A program made the translations under genes and the position numbers. Below, piece after piece: positions 7,318 through 15,276 of a DNA stretch of 34,890 nucleotides. Position 1 is the first letter of the stretch, and every line of letters starts with the position of its first letter. The stretch covers positions 1 to 34,890 of IMG/VR virus record IMGVR_UViG_3300048848_000063; one strand, written 5' to 3'. The notes beneath the pieces were generated by a model. That model ran no database searches. It worked only from the letters and a program-made list of their open reading frames with translations, and was not told the origin of the DNA. Origin of the DNA: a virus (lineage: Duplodnaviria > Caudoviricetes).

Positions 7318-7931
7318 AGATCGACGAAACCACCGCCATCGTTCTCGAGCGCCTTATCGAGGCCATGGAAACCGACATCGCGCTGCCCATTAGGATCGGC
7401 CCGAAGGCTTTTGGCTCAGCGATGCCGGATTATGTCCAGAGCCATAGCGAGTGGTTCGCAAATCAGCGTGAGGATTTGGCGGAGACCGGCGGAAAGCGGA
7501 CGCGCTACTACGAGGCGGCGGAGCGACGAAAAACTGAGCGAAGAGCGAAATGCACCAAAGAGCGCATCACCCGGATGGAAGAGGCGTTCGGGTGGGTACT
7601 GAAGCACGTCGCCGACGCAGAGCGGCGGAAGGTGTTGCTGGCCTATGCCGAGGTTAAAGCCCGCGGATGGCAATGGGAGCGTTACCTGCAGCACCGCAAC
7701 CGGCGCAATCCGACAAATAATGCGTGGGTGAAACGAACGGCGCAGAGGTGGATAGTCCTATCGCTTCAATCAATTGCGGAAAGTATTCCCAAGAGCAACG
7801 CCTTCTTGGCGACCTGCCCCGCTTTACTGTTGGCCCAGATTGAGGGAGAAAGCACGGGCAAATCGATAAGATCGGATTTGCGTTCGTGGATGTCACCCGA
7901 TGGAAAGCCGGCGCTCCGGCGGTCGATGTGA
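7314..7931 (+). CDS. Putative late-transcription regulator (DUF6362-like, Q-equivalent position)
   Basis: Last gene of the early operon. GPKAFGSAMPDY and ITRMEEAFGW motifs with an HTH-like C-terminus resemble alphaproteobacterial prophage proteins found at this position. Confidence 0.55.
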   Translation: MKIDETTAIVLERLIEAMETDIALPIRIGPKAFGSAMPDYVQSHSEWFANQREDLAETGGKRTRYYEAAERRKTERRAKCTKERITRMEEAFGWVLKHVADAERRKVLLAYAEVKARGWQWERYLQHRNRRNPTNNAWVKRTAQRWIVLSLQSIAESIPKSNAFLATCPALLLAQIEGESTGKSIRSDLRSWMSPDGKPALRRSM

Positions 7932-8158
7932 ATCCGGGCTCCACGGTTGGCCTCAACCGGGCAATTCGCCCGACCAGTGTGATGGCCTCTGGGAAGCCCA
8001 CTGACCAGGGCCGTGGTTTGCCGCAAGATGTCTATCCGGGAACCTGCCTCCGCAGCACCACCCGGGCTAGCAGTGTCCTTCGCTTCCGCATGACCCCGGC
8101 GCTTGTCATTGAATATCCCCCACCTATACTTCAAGGAATCAAGCAGGGGGCGCACGTG

Positions 8159-8386
8159 ATGAGCGACGATGGAGAACTGACGCATTACCTGAACTGTGAT
8201 GTGGAGCTTCAGCTCACGGGCCCCACGGTTGCCGTCAACAACAAATGGGCTGCTGACGCGCTTCGGGCATTGGCTGATCGCATTGAGAGGGGCGAGTTCG
8301 ACGATGGCCACCACGTCGTGACCGATAGGGTCGGCAAACCGATCGGAACGATTTACGTCGATTATACTGAAGGTGAGGATGTTTAG
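8159..8386 (+). CDS. Hypothetical acidic protein
   Basis: ATG at 8159 after AGGGGG; compact protein-like sequence (DALRALADRIERG). Confidence 0.65.
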   Translation: MSDDGELTHYLNCDVELQLTGPTVAVNNKWAADALRALADRIERGEFDDGHHVVTDRVGKPIGTIYVDYTEGEDV

Positions 8387-8494
8387 CGGGAGAAACGCTC
8401 GAGCCTGCAACCGCATGAATGCCTCCTCGTAGTCCTAGCGATTGCGCGAGTAAACCTTTCATGGCATCCGCGCCCGAATTGGCCGGAGGTTCCG

Positions 8495-8590
8495 ATGGCG
8501 GATGGCACGCAACAACCGAATTACGAACTGATCGGCATCTTAGTGCTGATCGTCATCGTCAGCATGAGCTTTTGGTGGGCGAACGCTTAG
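8495..8590 (+). CDS. 31-aa single-pass membrane peptide
   Basis: Perfect GGAGGT RBS at 8485-8490. MADGTQQPNYELIGILVLIVIVSMSFWWANA contains one hydrophobic segment of about 17 residues. Confidence 0.65.
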   Translation: MADGTQQPNYELIGILVLIVIVSMSFWWANA

Positions 8591-8629
8591 CAAGTTGTCG
8601 TCTCGGCATGGCATAGCCATATCAGCACT

Positions 8630-8655
8630 GGCTACGGCTGGGCCGCTGTAGCCTT
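8630..8655 (+). terminator. Stem-loop downstream of the membrane peptide gene (possible terminator)
   Basis: GGCTACGGC-TGGGCC-GCTGTAGCC with only a short T tail. Confidence 0.35.
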
Positions 8656-8840
8656 CGCACCGATCAAGCACGTTGCTGCGCTGGTGCCCGCAGCGACAAA
8701 CCGTGTGGGCGATCTTGCTGAAGCCGCCTCATCCAAAAGACGTAGTGCGCTGCACCAGTTCGCCTAATGATCGGCGATCGTTCCGCGACCGTTCGCTCAG
8801 GTTTAGCAACCTACGATATGCGCTATTCAGCCCACCCCGT

Positions 8841-9047
8841 TCACCCGGCGGTGGAGTTCTCGACAATCGACAGGGCAGCGCGAAGGAGAGTGGCGACGTC
8901 CTGTGTTTCGTCGTCCGCAAATGTCGATCGCAGTCTGGAAACGATCTCGGAGTTTATGCTTCGCCCGCTTAGCTTGGCTGATGCCTCTATGCGGCCTTTC
9001 AGTTCTGGCGGAAGGCGAATCTTCAGCTGAGGGGCTTCCCTACTCAT
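8841..9047 (-). CDS. Arc-family ribbon-helix-helix DNA-binding protein
   Basis: MSREAPQLKIRLPPELKGRIEASAKLSGRSINSEIVSRL is a classic Arc/Mnt signature. Confidence 0.9.
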   Translation of the reverse strand: MSREAPQLKIRLPPELKGRIEASAKLSGRSINSEIVSRLRSTFADDETQDVATLLRAALSIVENSTAG

Positions 9048-9264
9048 CGCCGCCCTCATGAGCAAAGCGGGAGCCGCGGGTGTCCTCCATATCCTTGAGG
9101 TTCTTTACCATCCCAGCGGTAACAAGGCGTCGAATAGCTTCACCTCTGGAGCGGATACGATTGGCAAAGGACCAGTCGTCAATCATCTCCAGTTCGGCTT
9201 TGCTCATCATGACGACCACGCGTTGGTCCATGAGATCGTCAACGGGTTTCTTGCCGGGGGCCAT
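9040..9264 (-). CDS. CopG-like ribbon-helix-helix protein
   Basis: QRVVVMMSKAELEMIDDWSFANRIRSRGEAIRRLV; AAAGGT RBS; overlaps the arc-like gene. Confidence 0.82.
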   Translation of the reverse strand: MAPGKKPVDDLMDQRVVVMMSKAELEMIDDWSFANRIRSRGEAIRRLVTAGMVKNLKDMEDTRGSRFAHEGGDE

Positions 9265-9284
9265 CGCAGCACCTTTCTGTGGCG

Positions 9285-9314
9285 TGTTGGCAACGCTGTG
9301 ACATTGTGCCAACA
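9285..9314. promoter_or_regulatory. Inverted-repeat operator upstream of the RHH pair
   Basis: Perfect inverted repeat TGTTGGCA-N14-TGCCAACA, with two ACATTG direct repeats nearby. Confidence 0.5.
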
Positions 9315-9351
9315 TTGCAATCATATCAAGCCCGGCGGTGGGCTTTCGTAT

Positions 9352-9537
9352 TTAGCGGTTGGAGGGAATCCCGCGATACATGCCGTGGAGGCCGATGCGG
9401 TCACTCTCCTCGGCTGCTATCTGGTTCGCCTCTGCACGTGTAGGAAGAGGGCCGATTAGACGGTGGTTCTCGCCTTCGTGAACGGCGACCCAGTGCCCGC
9501 GGCCTGTAGTGCCCATTGACACGCATTTGTCAGTCAT
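9352..9537 (-). CDS. Hypothetical 61-aa protein with GPLPTRAEA motif
   Basis: AAAGG RBS; motif similar to two early-operon genes. Confidence 0.6.
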   Translation of the reverse strand: MTDKCVSMGTTGRGHWVAVHEGENHRLIGPLPTRAEANQIAAEESDRIGLHGMYRGIPSNR

Positions 9538-9636
9538 TGTCTTGCCTTTCGTCTGGTGTGCGGGAAGACCGCGAATCGAACGTAGGGCCGAATGGTTGTC
9601 GCGAGTTCACACCCAGCAGATAGGAAGGCGGATGGG

Positions 9637-10014
9637 ATGGCCGGTTGGACCGAAACCTTCCGCTTTGGCGAGGTAACGGTGACGGTGGACACCGCAGCGC
9701 GCCTCACCATGACGCGGTTGCCGGATGGTGGTCTCGTTCCCGCAGACCACCGAGAGCAGCCAGGCCAAGCCGATATAGCGGAAGGTCTCGGCTACCCCAG
9801 CGCCGAGGCAATGAATGTCGAGCACGACATGCTCCATTCGCTGCTGGCCCACATCCTCGGCATGGATGCATCCCCAACGCTGAAGGGCGTGGCAAGCGGC
9901 AAGCACTATCCCCATTGGCGGGAGGAAGAGAACGCGGTGTTCGCCCTTGCTGCCTATGCCAATGCGGCTGGTGTGGATCTGATGGAAGTGGCGAGGCGAT
10001 GGAGCGATGGCTAA
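9637..10014 (+). CDS. Hypothetical protein with HxxxH zincin-like motif
   Basis: VEHDMLHSLL followed by REEE; overlaps the HNH start. Confidence 0.7.
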   Translation: MAGWTETFRFGEVTVTVDTAARLTMTRLPDGGLVPADHREQPGQADIAEGLGYPSAEAMNVEHDMLHSLLAHILGMDASPTLKGVASGKHYPHWREEENAVFALAAYANAAGVDLMEVARRWSDG

Positions 10015-10372
10015 GCTCAAGACCCTGCGCCCCCTCGTCGGCACCATCAAGCCCTTGGTGGGCAGGATGCCCGGAGACGAGAAGGCAAGGCACAGGGAGC
10101 GAGACAGCACCCAAGCGTGGCGCGCGTGGTACGGCACCGAGAGGTGGAAGAAGCTGCGCCGCAAGGTCTGGGCCCGAGATGCCTACATCTGCCAGAAGAC
10201 AGGCGTCCTGTGCATTGGCAGATACCCAGCCGACAACAGCCCTGTAGCGGACCACAAGATACCGCACCGCGGCAACGCTGCTCTCTTCTGGGATGAGGAC
10301 AACATCGAGACGGTGAGCAAAGCCTTCCACGATAGCGAGAAGCAGAAGCAGGAGCGGCAGCTCCAGTCATAG
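10007..10372 (+). CDS. HNH endonuclease (packaging-associated, HK97 gp74-like position)
   Basis: RWKKLR...RDAYICQ, VADHKIPHRG, FWDEDN...FH...KQ; located upstream of terS. Confidence 0.9.
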   Translation: MAKLKTLRPLVGTIKPLVGRMPGDEKARHRERDSTQAWRAWYGTERWKKLRRKVWARDAYICQKTGVLCIGRYPADNSPVADHKIPHRGNAALFWDEDNIETVSKAFHDSEKQKQERQLQS

Positions 10373-10381
10373 GATAGAGCG

Positions 10382-10615
10382 ATGAGCACTCCCAACATGG
10401 AAGACATGCGCAGGCTGGTAGCTCTCGCGTGCGAGTACGGCGCATCAGTGGATATCGTCTTCGAGCAGGGCGGCGATGTTCGCATCAACGTGTCTGCACC
10501 CGAGAAGCCCGGCGTGATCCACGTCAACGGGCCCATCAACTCGGAGACATACGAGAGGATGAAGGCCGACATGGAAAGAGGCGCACGCCCTGCGGGCTCA
10601 AGGTTCAGTCTCTAA
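10382..10615 (+). CDS. Hypothetical protein
   Basis: AGGA RBS; lies between HNH and terS. Confidence 0.55.
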   Translation: MSTPNMEDMRRLVALACEYGASVDIVFEQGGDVRINVSAPEKPGVIHVNGPINSETYERMKADMERGARPAGSRFSL

Positions 10616-10720
10616 CCGTAGCCGCTCAAGAGCGCTGATGATCCAGATAGGCAGAGACAGCACGACATCGTCGAAGCCTCTGGGTGAGCCGCTGTGTGTC
10701 AATGAGGGCATATCCAGTCA

Positions 10721-10796
10721 TAGGGGGGGGTAGGCGAAACCTCGCCAGACGGGTGCTTTCCCCACCCGCGTCCCCCACATTCGCACAATTTTTTTT
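10721..10796 (+). other. Putative cos (packaging) region
   Basis: A G8 run, then a GC-rich CCCACCCGCGTCCCCC, then a T run, all between HNH and terS. This is the usual layout in cos-type HK97-like phages. Confidence 0.55.
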
Positions 10797-10816
10797 GGAG
10801 CACCGTGAATTCAGCC

Positions 10817-11224
10817 ATGGCCGGAAACAAAAACAGCGGTCGTCCAGAGTACGCACCGACGGATGACGAGCGCGAGAAGGTGCGGGTTCTCAAGGCCGGC
10901 GGCATGTCGAACGAAGCGATCGCCGAGGCTGTGGGGATTTCGGAGCCCACTTTGCGCAAGCATTTTTCTTCAGAGCTCGATCGGGGCTCCGCGAAGGTGA
11001 GGGCGGATCTGCTGATGGCGCGGTATCGCTCGGCAATGGGCGGCAACGTCGCGGCGCAGAACAAGATGATCGAGCAGGTGGCGGCGTCGCAAGCTCAGGA
11101 GAAGCGCGCGCCGAAACAGGAAAAGATGGGCAAGAAGCAGGAGCAGAAGGTGGCCGCGCAGAACGTCGGCGGCCGGTACGCTCCGCCGTCCGCCCCTAAG
11201 CTGGTCGTGAGCAACGATAAGTGA
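10817..11224 (+). CDS. terS: Terminase small subunit
   Basis: GRP motif plus HTH (GMSNEAIAEAVGISEPTLRKHF); directly upstream of terL with a GTGA overlap. Confidence 0.8.
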   Translation: MAGNKNSGRPEYAPTDDEREKVRVLKAGGMSNEAIAEAVGISEPTLRKHFSSELDRGSAKVRADLLMARYRSAMGGNVAAQNKMIEQVAASQAQEKRAPKQEKMGKKQEQKVAAQNVGGRYAPPSAPKLVVSNDK

Positions 11225-12894
11225 CCTGGGACACAAGCTGCGTCGACTGGGAGCGCCGGATTGTCGGGCGTGAAAGCCTGATCCCGTTCGATCCGCTCTA
11301 CCCGGAAGAGGCCGAGGCCGCCCTCGAGGTATTCAAGGCGCTGAAGATCGTAGACGCACCCGGGAGCCCGACCTTCGGCGAGGCCTGCGAGGAGTGGGTG
11401 TTCCAGTTCGTCGCCGCCATCTTCGGCGCATATGACCATGAGACGGCCAAGCGGAACATCCGCGAGTTCTTCCTCCTGATCAGCAAGAAGAATTCGAAGT
11501 CGACGATCGCCGCAGGCATCATGCTGACGGCGCTGATCCGCAACTGGCGCCACTCGGCGGAGCTGCTGATCCTGGCGCCGACCATCGAAATCGCGAACAA
11601 CTCATACGGGCCGGCGGCCGACATGGTTCGGGCCGACCCGGATCTGTCGGACCTGCTGCACATCCAGGACAATTTCCGCACCATCACGCACCGGCTGACG
11701 GGCGCGAAGCTGAAGGTGGTCGCCGCGGACACGGACACGGTCGGCGGCAAGAAAGCTGCGTTCGTCCTCGTCGACGAGCTCTGGATCTTCGGGAAGCGCG
11801 GGAATGCGGACGCGATGCTCCGCGAGGCGACCGGCGGTCTGGTGTCGCGGCCGGAAGGCTTCGTCATCTACCTGTCGACGCAGAGCGATGCGCCGCCGGC
11901 TGGCGTGTTCAAGGCGAAGCTGGATTACTTCCGGGACGTGCGGGACGGCAATGTCGCCGATCGCAAGAGCCTGGGGGTGATCTACGAGTTCCCCAAGGCC
12001 ATGATCGAGGCCGAGAAGTATCTCGATCCGGCCAATTTCTACATCACGAACCCGAACCTCGGGCGCTCGGTGAGCCATGAGTGGATCGAAGAAGAGCTGG
12101 TCAAGGAGCTCGCAAAGGACAGCGAGACACGCAACACCTTCCTCGCGAAGCACCTGAACGTCGAAATCGGCATGAACCTCCGCTCCAATCGGTGGCCGGG
12201 CGCCGACTTCTGGAGCATGCGGGGAGACGCGAGCCTCGATCTGGACCGGCTGCTTGATCTCTCAGAGGTCGCGGTGGTCGGGATCGACGGCGGCGGTCTC
12301 GATGACCTCTTCGGAATGACGGTAATCGGGCGGGAGCGCGGAAGCCGGGACTGGCTGTCCTGGTCGCATGCTTGGTGCCACAAGGGCGTGCTCGAGCGGC
12401 GCAAGTCGATCGCCTCGAAGCTGGAGGATTTCAAGCGGGCGGGCCTTCTGACGATCGTCGACGACGAACTGAAGGACATCTCGGAAATCATCGAGATCAT
12501 CACCGACATCAAGTCCCGTGGCCTTCTGGCTTCGGTGGCAGTCGACCCGGCCGGCCTGGGCGAGATGATCGAGGCGCTGGCTGAAGCCGGCATCACGCAA
12601 GAGGAAGGCAATCTGGTTGGCGCCCCGCAGGGATACGCCATGATGAACGCCATCAAGACCGCCGAACGCAAGCTCGCGAACGGCACCCTTCGGCATGCGC
12701 CGTCCGCTCTGATGGACTGGTGCGTGTCGAACCTGAAGATCGAGCCCACGGCAACCGCCATCCGGGCGACGAAGCAAAACGCGGGGGACGCCAAGATCGA
12801 CCCCGTGATGGCGCTATTCGATGCCGTGACGGTGATGAGCCGGAACCCTGAAGTCAAACGCGAAGCCGCTTACCAGATGCTGGTCCTCGGCTGA
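11221..12894 (+). CDS. terL: Terminase large subunit
   Basis: Walker A-like ISKKNSKS, Walker B VLVDE, LSTQ motif, nuclease GIDGG, C-terminal KIDPVMAL. Confidence 0.95.
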   Translation: MTWDTSCVDWERRIVGRESLIPFDPLYPEEAEAALEVFKALKIVDAPGSPTFGEACEEWVFQFVAAIFGAYDHETAKRNIREFFLLISKKNSKSTIAAGIMLTALIRNWRHSAELLILAPTIEIANNSYGPAADMVRADPDLSDLLHIQDNFRTITHRLTGAKLKVVAADTDTVGGKKAAFVLVDELWIFGKRGNADAMLREATGGLVSRPEGFVIYLSTQSDAPPAGVFKAKLDYFRDVRDGNVADRKSLGVIYEFPKAMIEAEKYLDPANFYITNPNLGRSVSHEWIEEELVKELAKDSETRNTFLAKHLNVEIGMNLRSNRWPGADFWSMRGDASLDLDRLLDLSEVAVVGIDGGGLDDLFGMTVIGRERGSRDWLSWSHAWCHKGVLERRKSIASKLEDFKRAGLLTIVDDELKDISEIIEIITDIKSRGLLASVAVDPAGLGEMIEALAEAGITQEEGNLVGAPQGYAMMNAIKTAERKLANGTLRHAPSALMDWCVSNLKIEPTATAIRATKQNAGDAKIDPVMALFDAVTVMSRNPEVKREAAYQMLVLG

Positions 12895-12928
12895 TCCACC
12901 AACATCCCTCTCAGAATTGGAGGTCGTC

Positions 12929-14926
12929 ATGACTGTGACGCGCCGCGCATACTCGTATCTGACCATCAAGGCGGTGAACGAGGAAAAGCGCATCATCCGC
13001 GGCATTGCCACGACGCCGGCCGTCGACCGTGTGGGCGATGTCGTCGAGCCCCTAGGGGTGAAGTTCAACAACCCGATGCCGTTCCTCTGGCAGCACGACG
13101 CTCACAAGCCGATCGGCACGGTGAAGTTCGACAAACCCACGAAGGACGGCATCACTTTCGAGGCGGAGCTCCCGTCGCTCGATGAACCCGGCACGCTGAA
13201 GGACCGGGTGGATGAAGCGTGGCAGTCGATCAAGCTCGGCTTGGTCCGCGCCGTCTCCATCGGCTTCCGCGCCATCGAATACAGCTTCATCGAGAATGGC
13301 GGGATCCGCTTTTCCGAGACCGAGGTCTACGAACTCTCCGCCGTCACGATCCCGGCCCAGGCCGAGGCGGTCATGACGAGCATCAAGAACATGGACGCGA
13401 GCGGCCTCGCGATCATCAAGTCCTTCGACACGAACGCTCCCGCCGCGACCGGCACCATTGAGCGTCCTGCCGATGCCTCTCCCGGCGCCACGGGAAAATC
13501 CAAGCACTCCATCAATCTCTCTCTGAAGGAAAACCCAGCTATGAAAACCATTGCTGAACAGATCGCGGCGCTGGAAGCCTCGCGGCAGGCCAAGTCCGCG
13601 CGCATGGCAGAAGTCATGCAGAAGTCCATGGACGAAGGCCGTTCGACCGACGAGGCCGAACAGGAAGAATTCGACACGCTATCCCAGGAAGTCGAAGCCA
13701 TCGATGGCGACCTGAAGCGCCTCCGCACCATGGAGAAGATGCAGGCCGCCACGGCCAAGCCGGTCGTCGCCAACCAGATCAAGACGGCGGACCTCGGCAC
13801 TGCGCTGCGCAACGGCGTCCAGATCAAGGCGAACGAGCCCGACAAGGGCATCCGCTTCGCTCGCTATGCCAAGTGCCTTGCCATCTCGACCAAGACCCAC
13901 CAGCCAATCGTCGGCGTTGCCGAGCAGCTGTATGGCAAGGCTGACCCGGACCTGATCGACATCGTCAAGGCAGCCGTCTCGGCAATGACGACCAGCAACA
14001 CGAGCGAATTGATCGGCAACGAGGGCGGCTTTGCTGACTTCGTCGAGTTCCTTCGCCCGATGACTGTGCTCGGCCGCTTCGGCACCGGCAACATTCCGTC
14101 GCTCACCCGCATCCCCTTCCGTGTCCCGCTCATCAGCGAAGCCTCGGAAACCGATGCGCAGTGGGTTGGTGAAGGTAAGGCGAAGCCGCTCACCCGCATG
14201 ACGGCCGGCCGTACCGAGCTGAACCCGCTCAAGATCGCGACCATCGCCGTTCAGACGATGGAACTGATCCGCGACAGCTCGCCGTCGTCCGACGTTCTGA
14301 TCCGCAACTCGCTGGCCAAAGCCATTGCGAAGCGCTCGGACCTGTCGTTCATCGACCCGACCAACGCACCGTCTGCGGGCGTGCGTCCCGGTTCGATCCT
14401 CAACGGAGTGACGGCCACGGCCAACAGCACCGCAACTGGCGCTGATGGCGTTCGTGAAGACGTGCAGGCTCTGATCGGTGCCTTCGTGGCGGCGAACAAC
14501 GCCTTGCAGTCCGGCGTGTGGGTTATGTCCGCGACCTACGCTCTCCGGCTCATGATGATGCTGAACCCGCTTGGCCAGCGTGAATTCCCCGGCATCACGA
14601 TGCAGGGCGGCACGTTCTTCGAGCTGCCCGTCGTCGTGTCCAACTACCTGACCGACTATGTCGCTCTGGTGAATGCCGAGGATATCTGGGTTGCTGACGA
14701 GGGCGGCGTCGACATCGCCATGTCGACCGAAGCCTCGCTCGAGATGGACAGCGCGCCGACTCACAACTCCGACACGCCGACACCCGCCGAACTCGTCTCG
14801 ATGTTCCAGACGAACAGCGTGGCGTTCCGTGCGGAGCGGACTATCAACTGGGCACGCCGTTGTGCTTCCGCCGTCGCGTGGATGGACAACATTACCTGGG
14901 GCGATCCGGTTGTAGAAACCCCCTGA
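12929..14926 (+). CDS. Fused HK97-family prohead protease and major capsid protein
   Basis: GGAGG RBS; protease motifs LWQHD, VSIGF and ELSAVTIPA; capsid part with a coiled-coil delta domain, WVGEG and FRAER. Confidence 0.92.
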   Translation: MTVTRRAYSYLTIKAVNEEKRIIRGIATTPAVDRVGDVVEPLGVKFNNPMPFLWQHDAHKPIGTVKFDKPTKDGITFEAELPSLDEPGTLKDRVDEAWQSIKLGLVRAVSIGFRAIEYSFIENGGIRFSETEVYELSAVTIPAQAEAVMTSIKNMDASGLAIIKSFDTNAPAATGTIERPADASPGATGKSKHSINLSLKENPAMKTIAEQIAALEASRQAKSARMAEVMQKSMDEGRSTDEAEQEEFDTLSQEVEAIDGDLKRLRTMEKMQAATAKPVVANQIKTADLGTALRNGVQIKANEPDKGIRFARYAKCLAISTKTHQPIVGVAEQLYGKADPDLIDIVKAAVSAMTTSNTSELIGNEGGFADFVEFLRPMTVLGRFGTGNIPSLTRIPFRVPLISEASETDAQWVGEGKAKPLTRMTAGRTELNPLKIATIAVQTMELIRDSSPSSDVLIRNSLAKAIAKRSDLSFIDPTNAPSAGVRPGSILNGVTATANSTATGADGVREDVQALIGAFVAANNALQSGVWVMSATYALRLMMMLNPLGQREFPGITMQGGTFFELPVVVSNYLTDYVALVNAEDIWVADEGGVDIAMSTEASLEMDSAPTHNSDTPTPAELVSMFQTNSVAFRAERTINWARRCASAVAWMDNITWGDPVVETP

Positions 14927-14940
14927 TTTCGGCTCATCGT

Positions 14941-14970
14941 GAGGGGCGGGCTCCGGCTCGCCCTTCTTCT
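14941..14970 (+). terminator. Stem-loop (probable attenuating terminator) after the capsid gene
   Basis: GAGGGGCGGGC-TCCG-GCTCGCCCTTC followed by TTCT. Confidence 0.5.
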
Positions 14971-14988
14971 GAACCGAAGGAGAGCATC

Positions 14989-15273
14989 ATGAAAAGCCAT
15001 TCCTATATGACCCGCGCCCTTCGCGCCCGAGATCCCCGGTTTGCGAACATCCTCGGAAAGCTCGGCTATGAGCGTCGCGACATGACCGCCGCCGAAGTGG
15101 TTGACCCGCTCGACCACGATAGCGACGGACGAAAGGGCGGCAGCCCGAAGCAGGAAGCATCCGACAGCCTCACGGCCCTGCGGGCGGAATACCAGGAGAA
15201 GGTCGGCAAGCGGCCTTTCCATGGCTGGGACGAGGAAACCCTCGCTGCCAAGATCGCCGAAGCGAAGGACTGA
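14989..15273 (+). CDS. Hypothetical head-region protein
   Basis: AAGGAG RBS; DHDSDG motif and a helical C-terminus LRAEYQEKVGKRPFHGW. Confidence 0.75.
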   Translation: MKSHSYMTRALRARDPRFANILGKLGYERRDMTAAEVVDPLDHDSDGRKGGSPKQEASDSLTALRAEYQEKVGKRPFHGWDEETLAAKIAEAKD

Positions 15274-15276
15274 CAA

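Noticed and set aside
7886-8158. N-terminal extension of the 166-aa ORF 7886-8386
   Set aside because: It overlaps the upstream gene and a hairpin-rich region. The better RBS and the protein-like sequence begin at 8159.
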